Shown here in pieces: positions 12,541-26,388 of a stretch of DNA of 64,000 nt. The stretch is taken from contig OX597817.1 of assembly GCA_951406725.2 (NCBI GenBank), positions 91,264,001 to 91,328,000 on the forward strand, given 5' to 3'. The DNA comes from Octopus vulgaris. Its lineage: Eukaryota. Below the pieces are notes generated by a model, which was not told the origin of the DNA, searched no databases, and saw only the letters and a program-made list of their open reading frames with translations. Each line of letters begins with the position of its first letter. Within the stretch, counting starts at the first letter, position 1. Made by a program: the position numbers and the translations under genes.

Positions 12541-13689
12541 GTACGTCTTTAATTACAGCAGGTAGAACTTGTGGAAGTGGAGGCCAAAGAAAATATGTGG
12601 TGAAGTATTGAAAACCAATCTCAAGATGCAGTGCCTTATGAATTAGATGACAAAGGACGAAGATATCTGGTGCCTTGCTGCACTCAAGAAGACTTGTCCA
12701 CCAGCATAGAATTTATATCTTAAAACTACCTTGGTAAGATTTACCTCCATCCTCTCTGTCCCTCAACCTTCTCCCTCCACCCACATTTCATTCCTCAACA
12801 CCCATCACTTCCTTTATCACCTGAGAGCTGAATATGCACATACTACACCCCTTTGCTTATCAGTTAACTTTCCTCCTCTCCCAGCCCCGTTATCTTTCTA
12901 CCCCCACCTACTGTCTTAGAGTTAGAGAGTAAGATGGTAAATCACCTCCTTTCTGCACCCTCTCTCTCCTTGCAATGCTGCTGTCCATCATCAACAACTC
13001 AATTACTTGCTATCACCATAAATGCTTTCTCATATCTACTGCAATCCTTTCCCACAAGTCTCTCTGGCATTTCTCTTCATCATTTGCAACAGTCACCTCA
13101 TCCTGCCCATCACTCAGCTCAAGCCTCTATATCACCTCACCTATTCTCACTACCTCTAATGTCCCTTGAGGGTATGTTCCTACACATTTTGCCAACACTT
13201 CTTTACTATCACTCTCTTCATCTTACTCTCTAACTCACTCTCCTTTATTTTTCAACTGGGTTATCCATGTATCTATTCTACAGCAAGTCACCTATATCTG
13301 TCCCATCTGTATCTTAATTCTCTCAATTGGCACACTGCCACACACCCTCAATAAAACTCTTCTTGTCCCAGTTGAAAAGATTTTGTCTTGCGAGGTACTT
13401 GGTGACCTTGTCAGAGCTGGTGCCATGTAAAAAGCATGGTGCTGGTGTCACGTAAAAAGAACAGTTGATGGTGTCCTGTAAAATGCATCGAGTACACTCT
13501 GTAAAGTGGTTGGCATTAGGAAGGGCATCCAGCTGTAGAAAACAAGCCAAAACAGATTATGGAACCCAGTGCAGCTACTGGCCCTGCTGTTCATGTCAAG
13601 ACATCCAACCCATGCCAGCATGGAAAACGGACGTTAAATGCTGCTGCTGCTGCTGACGATGATGATGATATATATGTATAATACATGTA

Positions 13690-14290
13690 TATCTCTCTCT
13701 TTCCCTCTCACTGTCTTTCTCTGTTACCCTCCTCCCACTATCATGTGACCTGTGAGGACCTAAGGCAGTGTTGTTCTTTTTCACATTGCCTTCGACTGCA
13801 CTAGTCGCGATTTTCTGAGCTCCTCTATCCCTTCCATGTCTATAGTCCTTTAGGACAGTTTACATTTCTCCTTCGTGTTACCCAGTTTTGTCTTGTCTTG
13901 CAGCCCAAAGGCTATTTTGTTGTTGTATATGTATCATCATTAATTGTTGTCTTTGTGTGGACCTAAGCCTTTATTCCGTTTATTTTTTTGTCCTTCATCC
14001 ATCTACTAACGGTCTTGTCTTGAGCCGATCTTGTTTTGTTATGCTTTGGTCCCATTCCCAGCAAGTTTCTTGCCAGTGCCTCCAGAGTAGAAGCAATATT
14101 ATTTATAATGGCTGAAATTACATTTGACCCTCTAGCCGATAACTGATGAAGAGTTGGTGACCTTCTGTGTTTTCTGTTTGCCTGTGTATTTAGCATATGT
14201 TCGTTTGTTTATTTACTACACATTTTTTGGAATTATATATATAGGTATGTTATATTTTCCATTTGTTGTCTTTTTAAAAATCCTGAATAT
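13690..14290 (+). repeat. Pyrimidine-rich dispersed repeat with an AACTGATGA motif (related to 45050-45750, 56915-57680, 23615-23800, 12155-12300)
   Basis: Shared segments such as ctttaggaca.ttt, caaaggc.ttttgt and gataactgatga between copies. Confidence 0.5.
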
Positions 14291-14465
14291 GTATATATAT
14301 ATTTAAACACTCTATTCATACATACATACATACATACATACATACACATCGTGGAGCTGTTAGGCAGGTAATTTAAGCTGGTCTTGTACATACGTGCATA
14401 TATATGTATGTATGAGCATTTGAATATGTAAGTATAAGGTATATATATCTGTATTTATGTGCTTA

Positions 14466-14540
14466 TCTGGTATATTCAACTGACGAAGGCAGAGCTTCTC
14501 TTATGCAAAGCCAGAAATCCAGGATCTTGAATTATCCAGA
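14466..14540 (+). ncRNA. Type I hammerhead ribozyme with extended stem I
   Basis: UCUGG uau AUUCAA-CUGACGA-A-GGC (19-nt loop) GCC-A-GAAA-UCC a GGA-UC-UUGAAU uau CCAGA; intact core, AUC cleavage triplet. Confidence 0.75.
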
Positions 14541-14829
14541 AAAAACTTTTTTGCTAGTTTATTTTGTCTCTCTGTCTTCTCTCCTAGCACTATATGAACA
14601 TTTAAGGTGGCTTTAGGGTCAGGGTTTTGACTGCTATTTCAGCATGGTGGTATCTCTCAGATACCCTAATTTATAGTTTTAAATAATTATTACCTTTGTA
14701 TGGTATTTATTCCCATGCTGGCCACTTGATCAGATCGATATTTAAATATCGATATTATCCTTATTTATAAATTTATATATGTACACATGTATATATATAT
14801 ATAAATATATGTATATATGTGTGTGTGTG

Positions 14830-14892
<63 letters not shown>

Positions 14893-14945
14893 GAAATATT
14901 AAAATTACTAAGTCTCTCTAAAGGAGATTACGGCAGCGTTACTGG

Positions 14946-15348
14946 ATATTAATAGTTATCGCCATACTAATATGGCAGTCTATAAATATAAGACTAAAGC
15001 TGTCACTGATTAGCTCCAAGAGGCCATCGCCTCTAGCTAGCTATATGACACACGAACCTGCGTCCAATACAACCTTCGAAACTAGGTAAATAAAATCTTC
15101 GAACAGATGGTCAGTAGCGACACCTGCTGGGTCTGACTACGCAGCATTGATAAAGAGCAACAACCCTGAAACATGTCTGCAGATGTCTGACTAGCAAGGT
15201 GAAGTGGCTGACCTCCCCTGTTCGAAGGTTGTAATGGACGCAGGTTCGTGTGTCATATAGCTAGCTAGAGGCGATGGCCTCTTGGAGCTAATCAGCGACA
15301 GCTTTAGTCTTATATTTATAGACTGCCATATTAGTATGGAGATAACTA

Positions 15349-15355
<7 letters not shown>
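14946..15355. mobile_element. Foldback element: ~135-bp inverted arms around a ~140-bp spacer containing a hammerhead
   Basis: atattaatagttatc...aaccttcgaa / ttcgaaggtt...gataactattaatat, in (TA)n context. Confidence 0.85.
15144..15180 (+). ncRNA. Type I hammerhead ribozyme, U3-A8 core variant
   Basis: GCA-UUGAUAA-AGAG caacaa CCCU-GAAA-CAUG-UC-UGC. Confidence 0.6.
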
Positions 15356-15387
<32 letters not shown>

Positions 15388-15389
<2 letters not shown>

Positions 15390-16145
15390 TAGCAGTATTG
15401 CCTGGCTTTGTTTTTAAAATCAAGCATTTAATGCCCTCTATTTTTGCGCTTATGTGTTCCATTTCCTCAATAGGACGTACGTAGAAGCATTTCATAAATT
15501 TTTGTTGATCAAATAATTGCATTGTTGAATTATTCTTTTAGATCAATATTTCTCAACAGGGATTTCAGAGGAGAGTTTCAGGGAGTCGTTGGCAATGTAT
15601 CGTGATGATCAAAAATCCGGCCTGCTAAAATTTGGTTAAAGTGATTCAAACTGCAGACTCAACGCAAAATGGTCACATTTAATTCAAAGCATTAAAAATG
15701 TTATGAAAACAATTGGTATGTGTTCACAAAGTCCAAACGATTAGTACAAAAAAACCCTCCAGGCTACATCCCGAAAATTCATTTCTTTGCCGAATTTCTA
15801 CAATGTTTACAACGATTCATTTTTATATCTTGATTTTTTATTTTTGATGCAATTTACGCATGCTTGCACGCATGGTGAACACAGTTCACGTCAAACAGCT
15901 GACTGAGTAAAGTTCACTATTCAATGCATGGGATAAGGCCCAAACAAACACATTATCGATTTTTGCACTTGCGAGATCAATTTCGGAACAGAAATAGCAC
16001 AGTTCAATTTTCATTCGCCTAAACTTTAAGTGACCCATTTTTGGTGGTTCTACGATTTGTTGGCTAGGAGGAGATGTGCCGGGAAGTTAAACACACAGAC
16101 ACACACACAGATACACACACAGACACACAAGTTGAGTTTTATATA
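15388..16145 (-). mobile_element. Non-autonomous Helitron-like element
   Basis: Minus-strand 3' end ...gccaggcaatactgCTAGt; opposite end has an (ACAG/AC)n tract followed by gagttttatatata, the usual layout of small Helitrons. Confidence 0.55.
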
Positions 16146-16155
16146 TATATATATA

Positions 16156-16509
16156 CAGAGTGTGACGAGTAAATTTTATATTCATAATTTAGGACATGCA
16201 CATTATTTTTGATTTTGTCAACCACACAGTATAGTAAGGTTCAGTTGTGCACCATCTGTGAGAAAAACAGTACCATGATACAATTCACTCTGTCAACTTA
16301 AAAGAAGACCATCCAGAAGAGTTGCAGGGGATTCTGAATTTGTCTAAAGGCTTTGGTTGAAGCCAATGGCGATTTTATTGAATAAATTTACTGTTTAGTA
16401 TTTCAAGGTATTTTTATGTAATGTTGGTAAATATAACTGTTAAAATGAGATGTCAGTGTTATTTTTCATTTTTGCATAATTTAGACAACAATATATTCAC
16501 CGCACCCTG
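16156..16509 (+). mobile_element. Internally deleted Tc1/mariner element (same family as 58483-59773)
   Basis: TA-cagagtgtga...ttcaccgcaccctg-TA; ends align to the longer copies. Confidence 0.8.
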
Positions 16510-17408
16510 TATGTGTGTGTGTGTGTGCTTGTGTGTCTATGTGTGTGTGTGTGTTTGTCTCCAATCACCTCTTGATAACGTGTTGTGACTTGGTAGTTTG
16601 ACAAAAGAGACTTCTAGAATAAGTACTGGGCTTAAGAAATAAATCCTGGGTTGATTTGTTCAACTAAAACCCTCCAAAGGCAATGCTCCAGCATGGTAAC
16701 AGTCAAATGGCAGAAGCAAGTATAAGAATATAATCATATACAATACATACATTCATGCACACACACTCACATACACACACATGTTTGAGTTAGCAAATAA
16801 GAGGAAAAGGTACTCAATATAGAAGCAAAGTGTTGTAATTTATTGGTGTATTTTCAGTGTTGTTTCCCACCTATTACCTGACTGAGTATTTGCCAAATGA
16901 GGCCATAGAAGAAAATATGTATTAGTCGGAAACAATTGGAAACTTGATGGTTTATACTGGCTTTGTAAATATAACCACTAAATTCCTTGTGGCATTTTCC
17001 TGTAATTAGTTTCTAAAGATAACTTTTTCTATATTCAGTTTTCATACAGTTCAATCCAACTTTTACTATGTCCAAAGATATGGTGCTCCTTTAGGCAAGA
17101 ATGACTTTTTCTAACAAATCTGCATAGATGCATATAGAGGGGGGGGTGCATGTGTGTGTGTGTGGAGAGAAAAGGGAGAGAGAATGAGAGAGGTTCATAT
17201 ATTTCTAACCATAAAATTGGCCTGCTATCCAAATTTCAAAGTTTCTTTCTCTCTTTCTTTCCTGACAAACACACACACTTCTGAAAATATTTATGGATAT
17301 GTATGCATACACATATGTAAATATGTGTGTGTACATTATATATATATATATACATATACACATATTAACATACATTAAAAGTTATAATTGATACACATAC
17401 ATACATAT

Positions 17409-17468
<60 letters not shown>

Positions 17469-17675
17469 GTCATGATTAATAAATTCTCGTATATTCCATC
17501 TTTTATCTTTCATTTGCCATACACATAACGGTTACTGTGAAAGTGACCATACTTTACTAGTAAGCTACCAGGTGTAAACCATTTGTTTTATTCTCCAACA
17601 CATACATACATACATAAATACATACATACATAAATAGATACATACATACATACATACATGCATATATATATATAT

Positions 17676-18620
17676 GATGGCTGTCCACTCATGTCCGAGG
17701 AAGACCATTACTGACCTTCAGGAACAGTGTGCGCTATAGGAATAAATTATATTTTGCATTTTCGACTCTGTTGGTGGCTAATGACCCCTGCTCTTGACAA
17801 GCATACATGACTGCACACATTGCAGACCAAGCTTACCCTATTCACTACACCAGCAGTGTACTTTTGAACAGCACACTTAAGTACTTCATGCAGAATACAT
17901 GCTCTCTCAAAGATGTTGACCCCCTCCTTAACCTGCTTCCTCCATCTGTGGTGGTGACAGGCATTGCTCTCTGAGTCAGTTTCCTGCATAGCACAGGCCT
18001 TTAATGAAGACTTGATACCGTCCTTAAATCGCAGCTTTGGTTTCTGTCGAGGTCTTTTTCCATTCACAAGTTCCCCATATAGCAACTGCTTAGAGATCCT
18101 GTTATCCTTCATTCTAATAAGGTGTCCAGTCCAATATAACTGGTGCCTGAGCACCATCATTTCAATACTCAAGATATCAAACTGTCCACAGGACCTTTGT
18201 GTCTGGAGTTTTTAAGGTCCAGCCAACATTCAGAATGTGTCTGAAACATCTCTGATGAAAGCATTCAAGGACCCTTACATGATGTTTATAAAGGGTCCAT
18301 GTCTCACATGAGTAAAGGAGTGATGTCAGTACACAGAAATTTTTGTTTGCCTTGTGATACCATGCTGGGACCAGACGTGAGACTGAGGAGACCGGTAGGA
18401 ATCAGTTGCTCTCTGCAGCCTGAAAGATATTTCATCATCCAGGGAGTAAGAATGACTGAGTGTGCTGCCCAGGTAGACAAACGTGTCTACCACTTTCAGT
18501 ATTGTTCCTTCTACCAAGATAGCTGGTTCCACATATGGATTTTCTGGTGCAGGCTGGAATATTACAACAGTCTTGTCCAGGCTAATGCTGAGTCCAAATG
18601 CCTTGCAACAATCACACTCA
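17676..18620 (-). mobile_element. RTE (BovB-like) LINE 3' fragment, degenerate
   Basis: VVDTFVYLGSTLS; QLYWTGHLIRMKDNRISKQLLYGEL..GKRPR.KPKLRFKD; terminal C2H2-like CNVCSHVC..RAG..SH. Confidence 0.85.
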
Positions 18621-20282
18621 AACGGTACTTTTAACGTGCTACTGGGATGGGTGCCAATCAGGTGGTGCTGTCATCGGCCACGACAATGATTTCCCTTGCC
18701 TCAACATGTCTTCGCAAGCATAGTTTATTGTCAATGATTGAAGGGTACTCTTAAATGGGCTGGTTATACAGCACTGGCATAGGCCATGTTTATGGTCTCA
18801 CTTGCCTTTCCAGGTCTTCTCAAGCACAGCATATCTCCAAAGGACTCGGTCACTTGTCATTGCCTCGATGAAGCCCAATTTTCAAAGGTCATGCTTCACC
18901 ACCTCATCCCAGATCTTCCTGGGTCTACCTCTTCCACAGGTTCCCTCAACTACTAGGGTGTGACACTTTTCACACAGCTGTCCTCATCCACTCACAACAC
19001 ATGACCATACCAGTGCAGTCATCTCTCTTGCACACCATATATGATGCTTCTTAAGTTTAACTTTTCTGACATTATACATCCATTATACTGGCTTCATTAC
19101 TTGCAAACTTATGCATGTCCTCAACAGTCATGGCCCATGTTTTACTGCTGTGTAGCATGGCTATTCATACACATGCATCATAGTATCTACCTTTTACTCT
19201 GAGTGAGAGGCCCTTTGTCACCAGCAGAGGTAGGAGCTCTCTCAACTTTGCCCAGGCTATTCTTATTCTAGAAGCTACACTTTCAGAGCATCCACCCTCG
19301 CTACTGATTTGGTCACCTAGGTAATGGAAGCTATCAACTACTAGTTTTTCCCCCTGGAATGTGACAGAAGCTGTTCTCTGCGCATTTTCTGTGTTTATTG
19401 CTCCTGAGCATTTGCCACATACAAAAACTATTTTTTTAGTTAGCCTTCCTTTGATATTGCTGCACCTCTTATGTTTCCATAGCTTACACTGGGTACATCT
19501 TATGGAGTTTCTACCTATGCCTTTTCTACAGATCGAACAGGGCCATCTACCTGAAGGGATTTGTGGTTTGTCTGCCTTCCTATTTATTAAGACTTTGGTT
19601 TTTGCTAGGTTAACTCTAAGGCCCTTTGATTCTAATCCTTGCGTCCACACCTGAAGCTTCTACTCTAGTTCTGATAGTGACTCAGTAATTAGAGCAAGGT
19701 CATCAGCATAGAGGAGCTCCCAGGGGCATCCTGTCTTGAATTTCTCTGTTTTTGACTGGAGGACCATGATGAATAAGAGGGGGTTGAGGACTGATCCTTG
19801 GTAGACCCCCACTCCTACCTGGAATTCTTCACTGTACTCATTGCCAACCCTCACCTTACTGACAGCATCTCTGTACATGGCTTGTACAGCTCTCACTAAC
19901 TATTTATCTATCCTTAGTTTCCTCATTGACCACCAGATAAGAGACTGGTGGACCTTGTCAAAGGCTTTCTCCATGTCAACGGAACCCAGGTACACAGGTT
20001 TATCTTTGGCTAGATATTTCTCCTGCAGCTGTCTTACCAGAAATGTAGCATCAGTGGTGCTTTTCCCTGGCACAAACCCAAACTGCATCTCATCTAGACT
20101 GACTCTCTCCCTAGTCAGTTGGATTATGACCCTCTCCGTAACTTTCATTACCTGATCCAACAACTTAATACCTCTGTAATTATTTGTATCTAATGCATCA
20201 CCTTTACCTTTGTAGCAGTTGACTATGGTGCTGCTACACCAGTCATTGGGTATGACTCCTCCATGTATCACCTGGTTGACTC
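18621..20282 (-). mobile_element. RTE LINE reverse transcriptase, degenerate copy of the 60591-64000 family
   Basis: NYRGIKLL, QFGFVPGKSTTDA, DMEKAFD, QGSVLNPLLF, YADD, FHYLG, with stop codons. Confidence 0.9.
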
Positions 20283-20289
20283 TATATAT

Positions 20290-20480
20290 ATAAACTTAGA
20301 TAAACTTAGATCTGTTTCGACCAAAGATTGGTCCAGGCCATGTCTAACTTAATAGCAACACCTGATAGGATTATCTAAATCCTGTTTAAGTCAAGTTTTG
20401 TTTATGGTCCATTCAAGTAGTGAGTTTTTGTTGGGTGAGTTGTATCCAATTATGGGTGGCTTATCTGGTATTTCTTGTAT
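20290..20480 (-). mobile_element. CR1-like LINE 3' terminus with (AAGTTTATCT)n tail
   Basis: Stem-loop gacc..ggtc plus tandem tail taaacttagataaacttaga, shared with 21063. Confidence 0.5.
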
Positions 20481-21062
20481 GTGTGTAAGTATATGTACAC
20501 AAACATACACATACTCATACATACACATATATTCACTTGTACACTAAAACCCATAACTATCTATCAATCTTTTTGTCTGTCTGTCTAGCTATCAATTTAT
20601 TTATCTACTATCTAGTTATCAAAATGTCTTCACATATACATATATAAAGATCATATATGCAACACATAAACACTCGATCATAACACCCCCCCCACACACA
20701 CATAACTTGTCCTATAACTGCACATAAATCATTTTTCATGTTTTCCTCTGACGAATGGTTTTATCTATATGTATGCTAATATAAATAAATGCAACTATAC
20801 CTGCATTTATATATGCCTGCATCTGCATAACTTCTTATATTCATATGTCTGCATATGCTTAGAAATGCATGATTGCATTTAAATATATGTAAGTATATGT
20901 ATATTTGCACTTGCACATAAACATGTGTATGTGTATATGTATTTACATATGTTTTTGTATGTGTATAAGTATGCATAAGTGTAATTAGATATGCATGTAT
21001 CTCAATGTCTGTGGGTGTGAGTGTGTGTGTGGGTGGACATACACACCAACATGTATATTGTT

Positions 21063-22240
21063 CATAAACTTAGATAAACTTAGCTAAGTTACTGCTAAGC
21101 TATGCCAAGGCCATGTCAATAACACCAACTGGTGAAGTTCCTTGAGTCATGTTTAGGTCATATTTCATGTAACCTCTCAAATAAGGAATTGGTATAAACT
21201 GAAATGTATTAAGTTACTGGCAGGTAACTATTCCTTGGAGAAATCCCTTCATTTACCGTTTGAAAATTATTAGGCCTATTTCTTCCCTAATTTCTTTCAG
21301 GATAGCGTTCAATAAAGGCAGGTTTGCTTGAAGCAAAATTGTTGTTTTGCAATGTGGTTATTTAAAGTGAGTCATTTATGTTAATGGCATTTCAAACTTG
21401 ATGTTGAGATCATTTGGCTGATACTCATAGTGCATTTTCCAGATAAGGCAGCATTCACAGTGGTACTGGAGGAGTTTGGGTCTGAGTGTTTGTATTTTTT
21501 GTAATTACCTTCCCGAGCATGTCAGTTCTCATAATGGTCTGTTTAATATGGGAAAACCACAAGAGCTACAACAATCTACTTGTAGTTGTACAAATGAAGA
21601 AGAAAAGGGCATGGTGACATCTAGGCCTCTGCAATACCATTTCAACATAATTGTTGAAGTGGACACTCCAATTGAGGTTCCCACCTACAATTTCTATTAA
21701 GTTTCTGAATGATTCTCTGGAGGGAGGAGAACACTGTTGTCTAAACATATCATTTTTTCTGAGCTAACAACATGTAGATAAGACCAAAATTTTATTCAGT
21801 TACTTTTTCCTGTTACTAACTTTCTGAACATTTTTATTCTGTTGTATATGAGGGCAGTTATCATGTCACTTATGTATAGAATGAAAAGCAGTGAGCTTAA
21901 CACAGTCTCTGGGAACAGTATTAGCGACCTTCCCTGGGTCTGAGTGGATTCTCTCAAACAAAATCTGCTTGCCAGTGCTCCTCAATGCATCTTATGAACA
22001 TTCTGAACAGTACCATGAGCTTCAATCTTATTATATCTAACTGAAGTGATGGTAAGTCACATAGGGGGATCTGTTTGAAGTGCCATTCTAAACTATCTCT
22101 GCACTTCAACTATGATAGTAAACCTTCTGTAGACCTTTAGGATAACTTTCCATCGTTCAAAGCTCAGTCTAGTTCTCACCATTATTTTTGATGGGTTAAA
22201 TCTAATAAGAAATTAATTTTAAGTAAGTTATCATCTGTTA
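21063..22240 (-). mobile_element. CR1-like LINE RT remnant
   Basis: Minus-strand frames give ETVLSSLLFILYISDM (QGSVLGPLLF-like) and related RT pieces; same 3' tail as 20290. Confidence 0.55.
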
Positions 22241-22264
22241 AATTGTGTATACATTTTTGGAGAC

Positions 22265-22342
<78 letters not shown>

Positions 22343-22493
22343 TACATACATATATACATACATATATATATATGTATGTATGTAATGTATATATTTATCT
22401 ACATATATAAGTATGTGAGTGTGTATTGAATCGCTAGCTTCTGCACGCATTTTTTTTCTCTCCTTGTTTCTCTCCGTGTTTCTTTTCTGTGTA

Positions 22494-22531
22494 TCTTTCT
22501 GTTGAAGAGCGTAGGCTCGAAACGTAAAAGA
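22494..22531 (+). ncRNA. Minimal hammerhead-like motif with variant core (CUGUUGA)
   Basis: UCUUU-CUGUUGA-A-GAGC guag GCUC-GAAA-CG-UA-AAAGA; perfect stems I and II; truncated related copy at ~9465-9575 (-). Confidence 0.5.
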
Positions 22532-23415
22532 CTTGTTTTATTTATATTCCTGAGCGCCATACTAATACAATTGTTTGTTTCTACTCCACCTGCCTTCGTC
22601 TTTTGTTTATTTTCATAAAGCTTCCCATTATATATATATATATGCATGTGAGGTGGTGAGGTGTAATTGTGTCTATATTACTTTTATACTTTTACATAAT
22701 ATCATTACAAATATATATGCACACACTCCAGAGCTTATGTACTTGTTTATTCAGTCATATTGCCTCTGTAACTGCTATCTTGAACTGTTTATTCAGTTTT
22801 TACATTTTATTATTTATTTATCTTTTATATTTCATGCTTTTATTCTTCGTTTTCCATCCATTATTTACTTCCCTTTTATAATTTTCAAATATTTGTTTAT
22901 GCATGTTTATAATTTTTCTACTTATTTCTTCATTTACATCCATATCACACAACTAGTATTTGTTAGTTATCTCTCAATATTTTTCACTCTTTTCACTGTT
23001 CAAATATAAAAGCTTAACAATTGACTTCTGAAGCCCAAAATTGCTAACTTCATAATTTTATACACAGCATATTAAATTAGCTTAATGTACTTTCTCACAT
23101 TTGTTTTACACATTAAATCATATCAGATAACCCCACAACCAATATTTCATTTGATTTACACATACATTTAAGCTTAAAACTAAGGCAGTTTGTGTCTTTT
23201 CCTACACAACTTTCTTATTTACATATGTACATCTCGATCAACCCTTTAGATTTTAATAACCTAATAGATGCAGGCATGGCTGTGTGGCAAGAACCACGTG
23301 GTTCTGAGATCACTGTGTGGCACCACAAGCAAAGGTATTCTACTAAAACCCAGGACTGACCAAATTCTTGCAGGTGGATTTGGTAGATGAAAACTGAAAG
23401 AAGCCTGTTGTATAC

Positions 23416-23612
23416 ACAAGGTGCGATGACTAAATTGTCTAATTTACGCAAAAATGAAAATAGCGCTGACATCTCATTTTAACAGATATATTTACCAAAA
23501 TTACATAAAAATATTTTGAAAAACTAAAGAGTAAGTTTATTCAATAAAATCACCATTGGCTTCAACTATATCCTCCAGACGACTTCAGAAACTCCTACAG
23601 CTCTTCTAGACA
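23416..23612 (-). mobile_element. 3' end of the Tc1/mariner family seen at 58483-59773
   Basis: Reverse complement matches ~59575-59770, including the TIR. Confidence 0.7.
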
Positions 23613-25534
23613 ATCTCCTTACCTTTGAAACATGGAGTAGATGAAACAAGGACAACTGATGAAGGAGAATATTCTTTATGCTGCATGTCTCGTTTCTCTG
23701 TTTGTTTTTTCCGTTGTTTGAAATAAAGTTCGTTTTCTATGTTTTTGTTTTTATGTTTTCGTTTCTCATTGTGTTCAACGTTATTTTTATGTCCTATACC
23801 CATATATGCATGTATATATACATATATATGTAGGTAAGTACATATATGTATGTATATATGCATATATTTATATATTATTTATATTATTATTATTATATAT
23901 ATATATATATATGTTTGACACATGCTAGCATGGAACACTGACCTTAAACGATGATGATGATGATTGTATATGTATCTTTTACTTGTTTCAGTCATCAGAC
24001 AGTGGCCATGCTGGGGTACCACCTTGAGGGATTTTAGTTGAATGAATCGACCTCAGTACTTATTTTTTAAATCTTTTTATTGGTCTCTTGCTGAACCGGA
24101 CAAGCACAGACACACGCACACACACACATACAACAGGCTTCTTTCGGTTTCTATCTACCAAATCCACTCAAAAGGTTTGGTCAACCTGAGAGTATGGTAG
24201 AAGACACTTGCCCAAGGTGTCAGGTGCCAAGTTGCAGAACTAAACCCAAAACCATGTATTTGGAAAGTAAGCTTCTTACCACACAGACACAGCACAGACA
24301 CACACATATGCACACACACACACTTAATTATATGTCATCTAGGTGTGAGTGTCTTTGTGATTGCATTTGTCCCTCACCCACCACTTGACAGCAGTGATTA
24401 GCAGTTCAGCAAAGATAGGGGACCAATGAAATAAGTACCAGGATTTTAAGAAAATAAGAACTAGGGGTCTATTTGTTTGCTAAAACCTTTCAAAGAAATG
24501 CCTCAATATGGCCATTATCAAAACAATTAAAAAGTAAAACATAATAAATAAGAAATCTTTACTTTTCCCGTACATATTAGACATTTTACAGCTTAGTATA
24601 TAAATTACTACTCCTAAGGTTTTTTAAAAAAATCACTCCATAAAGAAAAACACATCTTTCTTCTGATAACTGTTATTTAAAAATTAGCATGGTATACTTA
24701 TTTCCTTGTTATAACTAATTGAATGAATGATTTATTTTTTAAACATTGCAACAGTAATTACATTGTTTATCTTTATCCCAAAAGAGAGTTCAATAATTTT
24801 CTACTAATAACTCTCCCATTAGACCATTACACTCTACTCTATGCACTGCATCATTCCCCCACCTTCATTGTTCTCCTTTCTTTTCCAATTTTACATATAT
24901 ATATATATTCACACTCATATATATGCACATAGGGATATATACATACATATATATTATATATGTACACACACATATATTATACATAGAAAGATAGAGAGAC
25001 AGTTTGATAGATGTACATGAAAAATTTCTAATACTCAGCTAATACTATGAAAAATTCCCTTGAGGAATGAAACAATTTGTACAACTGAGAGCCTAATTAA
25101 ATAAAAAAAATTACTCATGCTGCATCAGAACATTGTGTTCTTTTATTTATTTGGTTTGTGGTATTTATTGTCCTAACAAATAGGTACATTCTAACACACT
25201 CCCACATACACACACATACATGCATCTATGTATACATACACTTATGTACATACATATCCACACATACACATTTGAGTTGTATTAGTCGAAGCAAAGAAAG
25301 AGGGAAAGAGAGAAGAAAGAGAAGAGAGAGAGAGGGATGAGAGAGGGTGTGAGAAAGAGGGATGTAAACCATATATTCCCCTATGAAAATTCAATTGTTA
25401 AAAAAAGTCTTTCCTGTAATGTAAAACAACAATAACAAATAAAAAGCTAAACTAAAGATATAAGAAGATCAACAAGGAAATAACACAAAAGACACTAAAT
25501 AAATTGATGCTGATTACCACACATGTACTCACAC

Positions 25535-26026
25535 ACACGGTCTGATCAAAAAATTTTGGAACTGGTGTCATAAAAAGAAGACAACAACAGATAACAATTT
25601 GGCTTGTAATCTCCTTCAAAGCAGTCCCCTTTTGAAGCCACACACTTTATTCAGTATCATTTCCATTGATAGGAACATTCCTTGAACTCCTTTTTTGGTA
25701 TAGTAACCAAGTTTCGCATTGCATTCTTTTGGATTTCCTCAACGTCTTAAAATCTCTTTTCACATATGCATTCACACACGCAAATTCATATTTTCTCTGT
25801 CGTGGTCACTGATGGAACCACTGTAGTATGGTGACTGAGTCAACCACACCTCTACACACTTTACTTCCAGGCACTGCTATAAGCAATGGAAGTGAATGAG
25901 AATGTTATAACTTAGTGTGCTTGTGCAACAGAGTTCACGATCAATTTGTGCCAAGTGGCTTAACTCTGTATACTTAACCCCCGTTACTATAGCAACAGTC
26001 TTAGTACTTTTTGATCAGATCTTGTG
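25535..26026. mobile_element. Mariner-type non-autonomous remnant
   Basis: TIR cacggtctgatcaaaaa / tttttgatcagatcttgtg. Confidence 0.5.
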
Positions 26027-26033
26027 CACACAA

Positions 26034-26092
<59 letters not shown>

Positions 26093-26097
26093 CACAT

Positions 26098-26354
26098 ACA
26101 GAGGTCATCAGTTTCAATCCAGTCTTTTCACTGACTTAACTAATCTGTTAGGTATGGAATGAGCTCATACTGCAGTTTTCCAGGTTTCCAGGAATAACAG
26201 AATGCTTTCACCACTAGCTTAAAGCAGCTTTACAAGCAGATACCAATTTGAATAGATGGTTGAAAGCCCTGTCAAGTGTGTTACTAGGCTTATGTACCAT
26301 TATTAACGAAGACATAGATTACTCCCTGGCAGACGTACTATATGGATCAGCACT

Positions 26355-26360
<6 letters not shown>
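26098..26360. repeat. ~260-bp unclassified repeat, direct copy at 28476-28742
   Basis: acagaggtcat..gtttcaatccagtc...gagcacttacac present twice. Confidence 0.8.

Positions 26361-26388
<28 letters not shown>

Noticed and set aside
20295-20345. GACC..GGTC-GAAAC hairpin on the minus strand resembling HHR stem II
   Set aside because: No CUGANGA box; better explained as a LINE 3' stem-loop next to its tandem tail.
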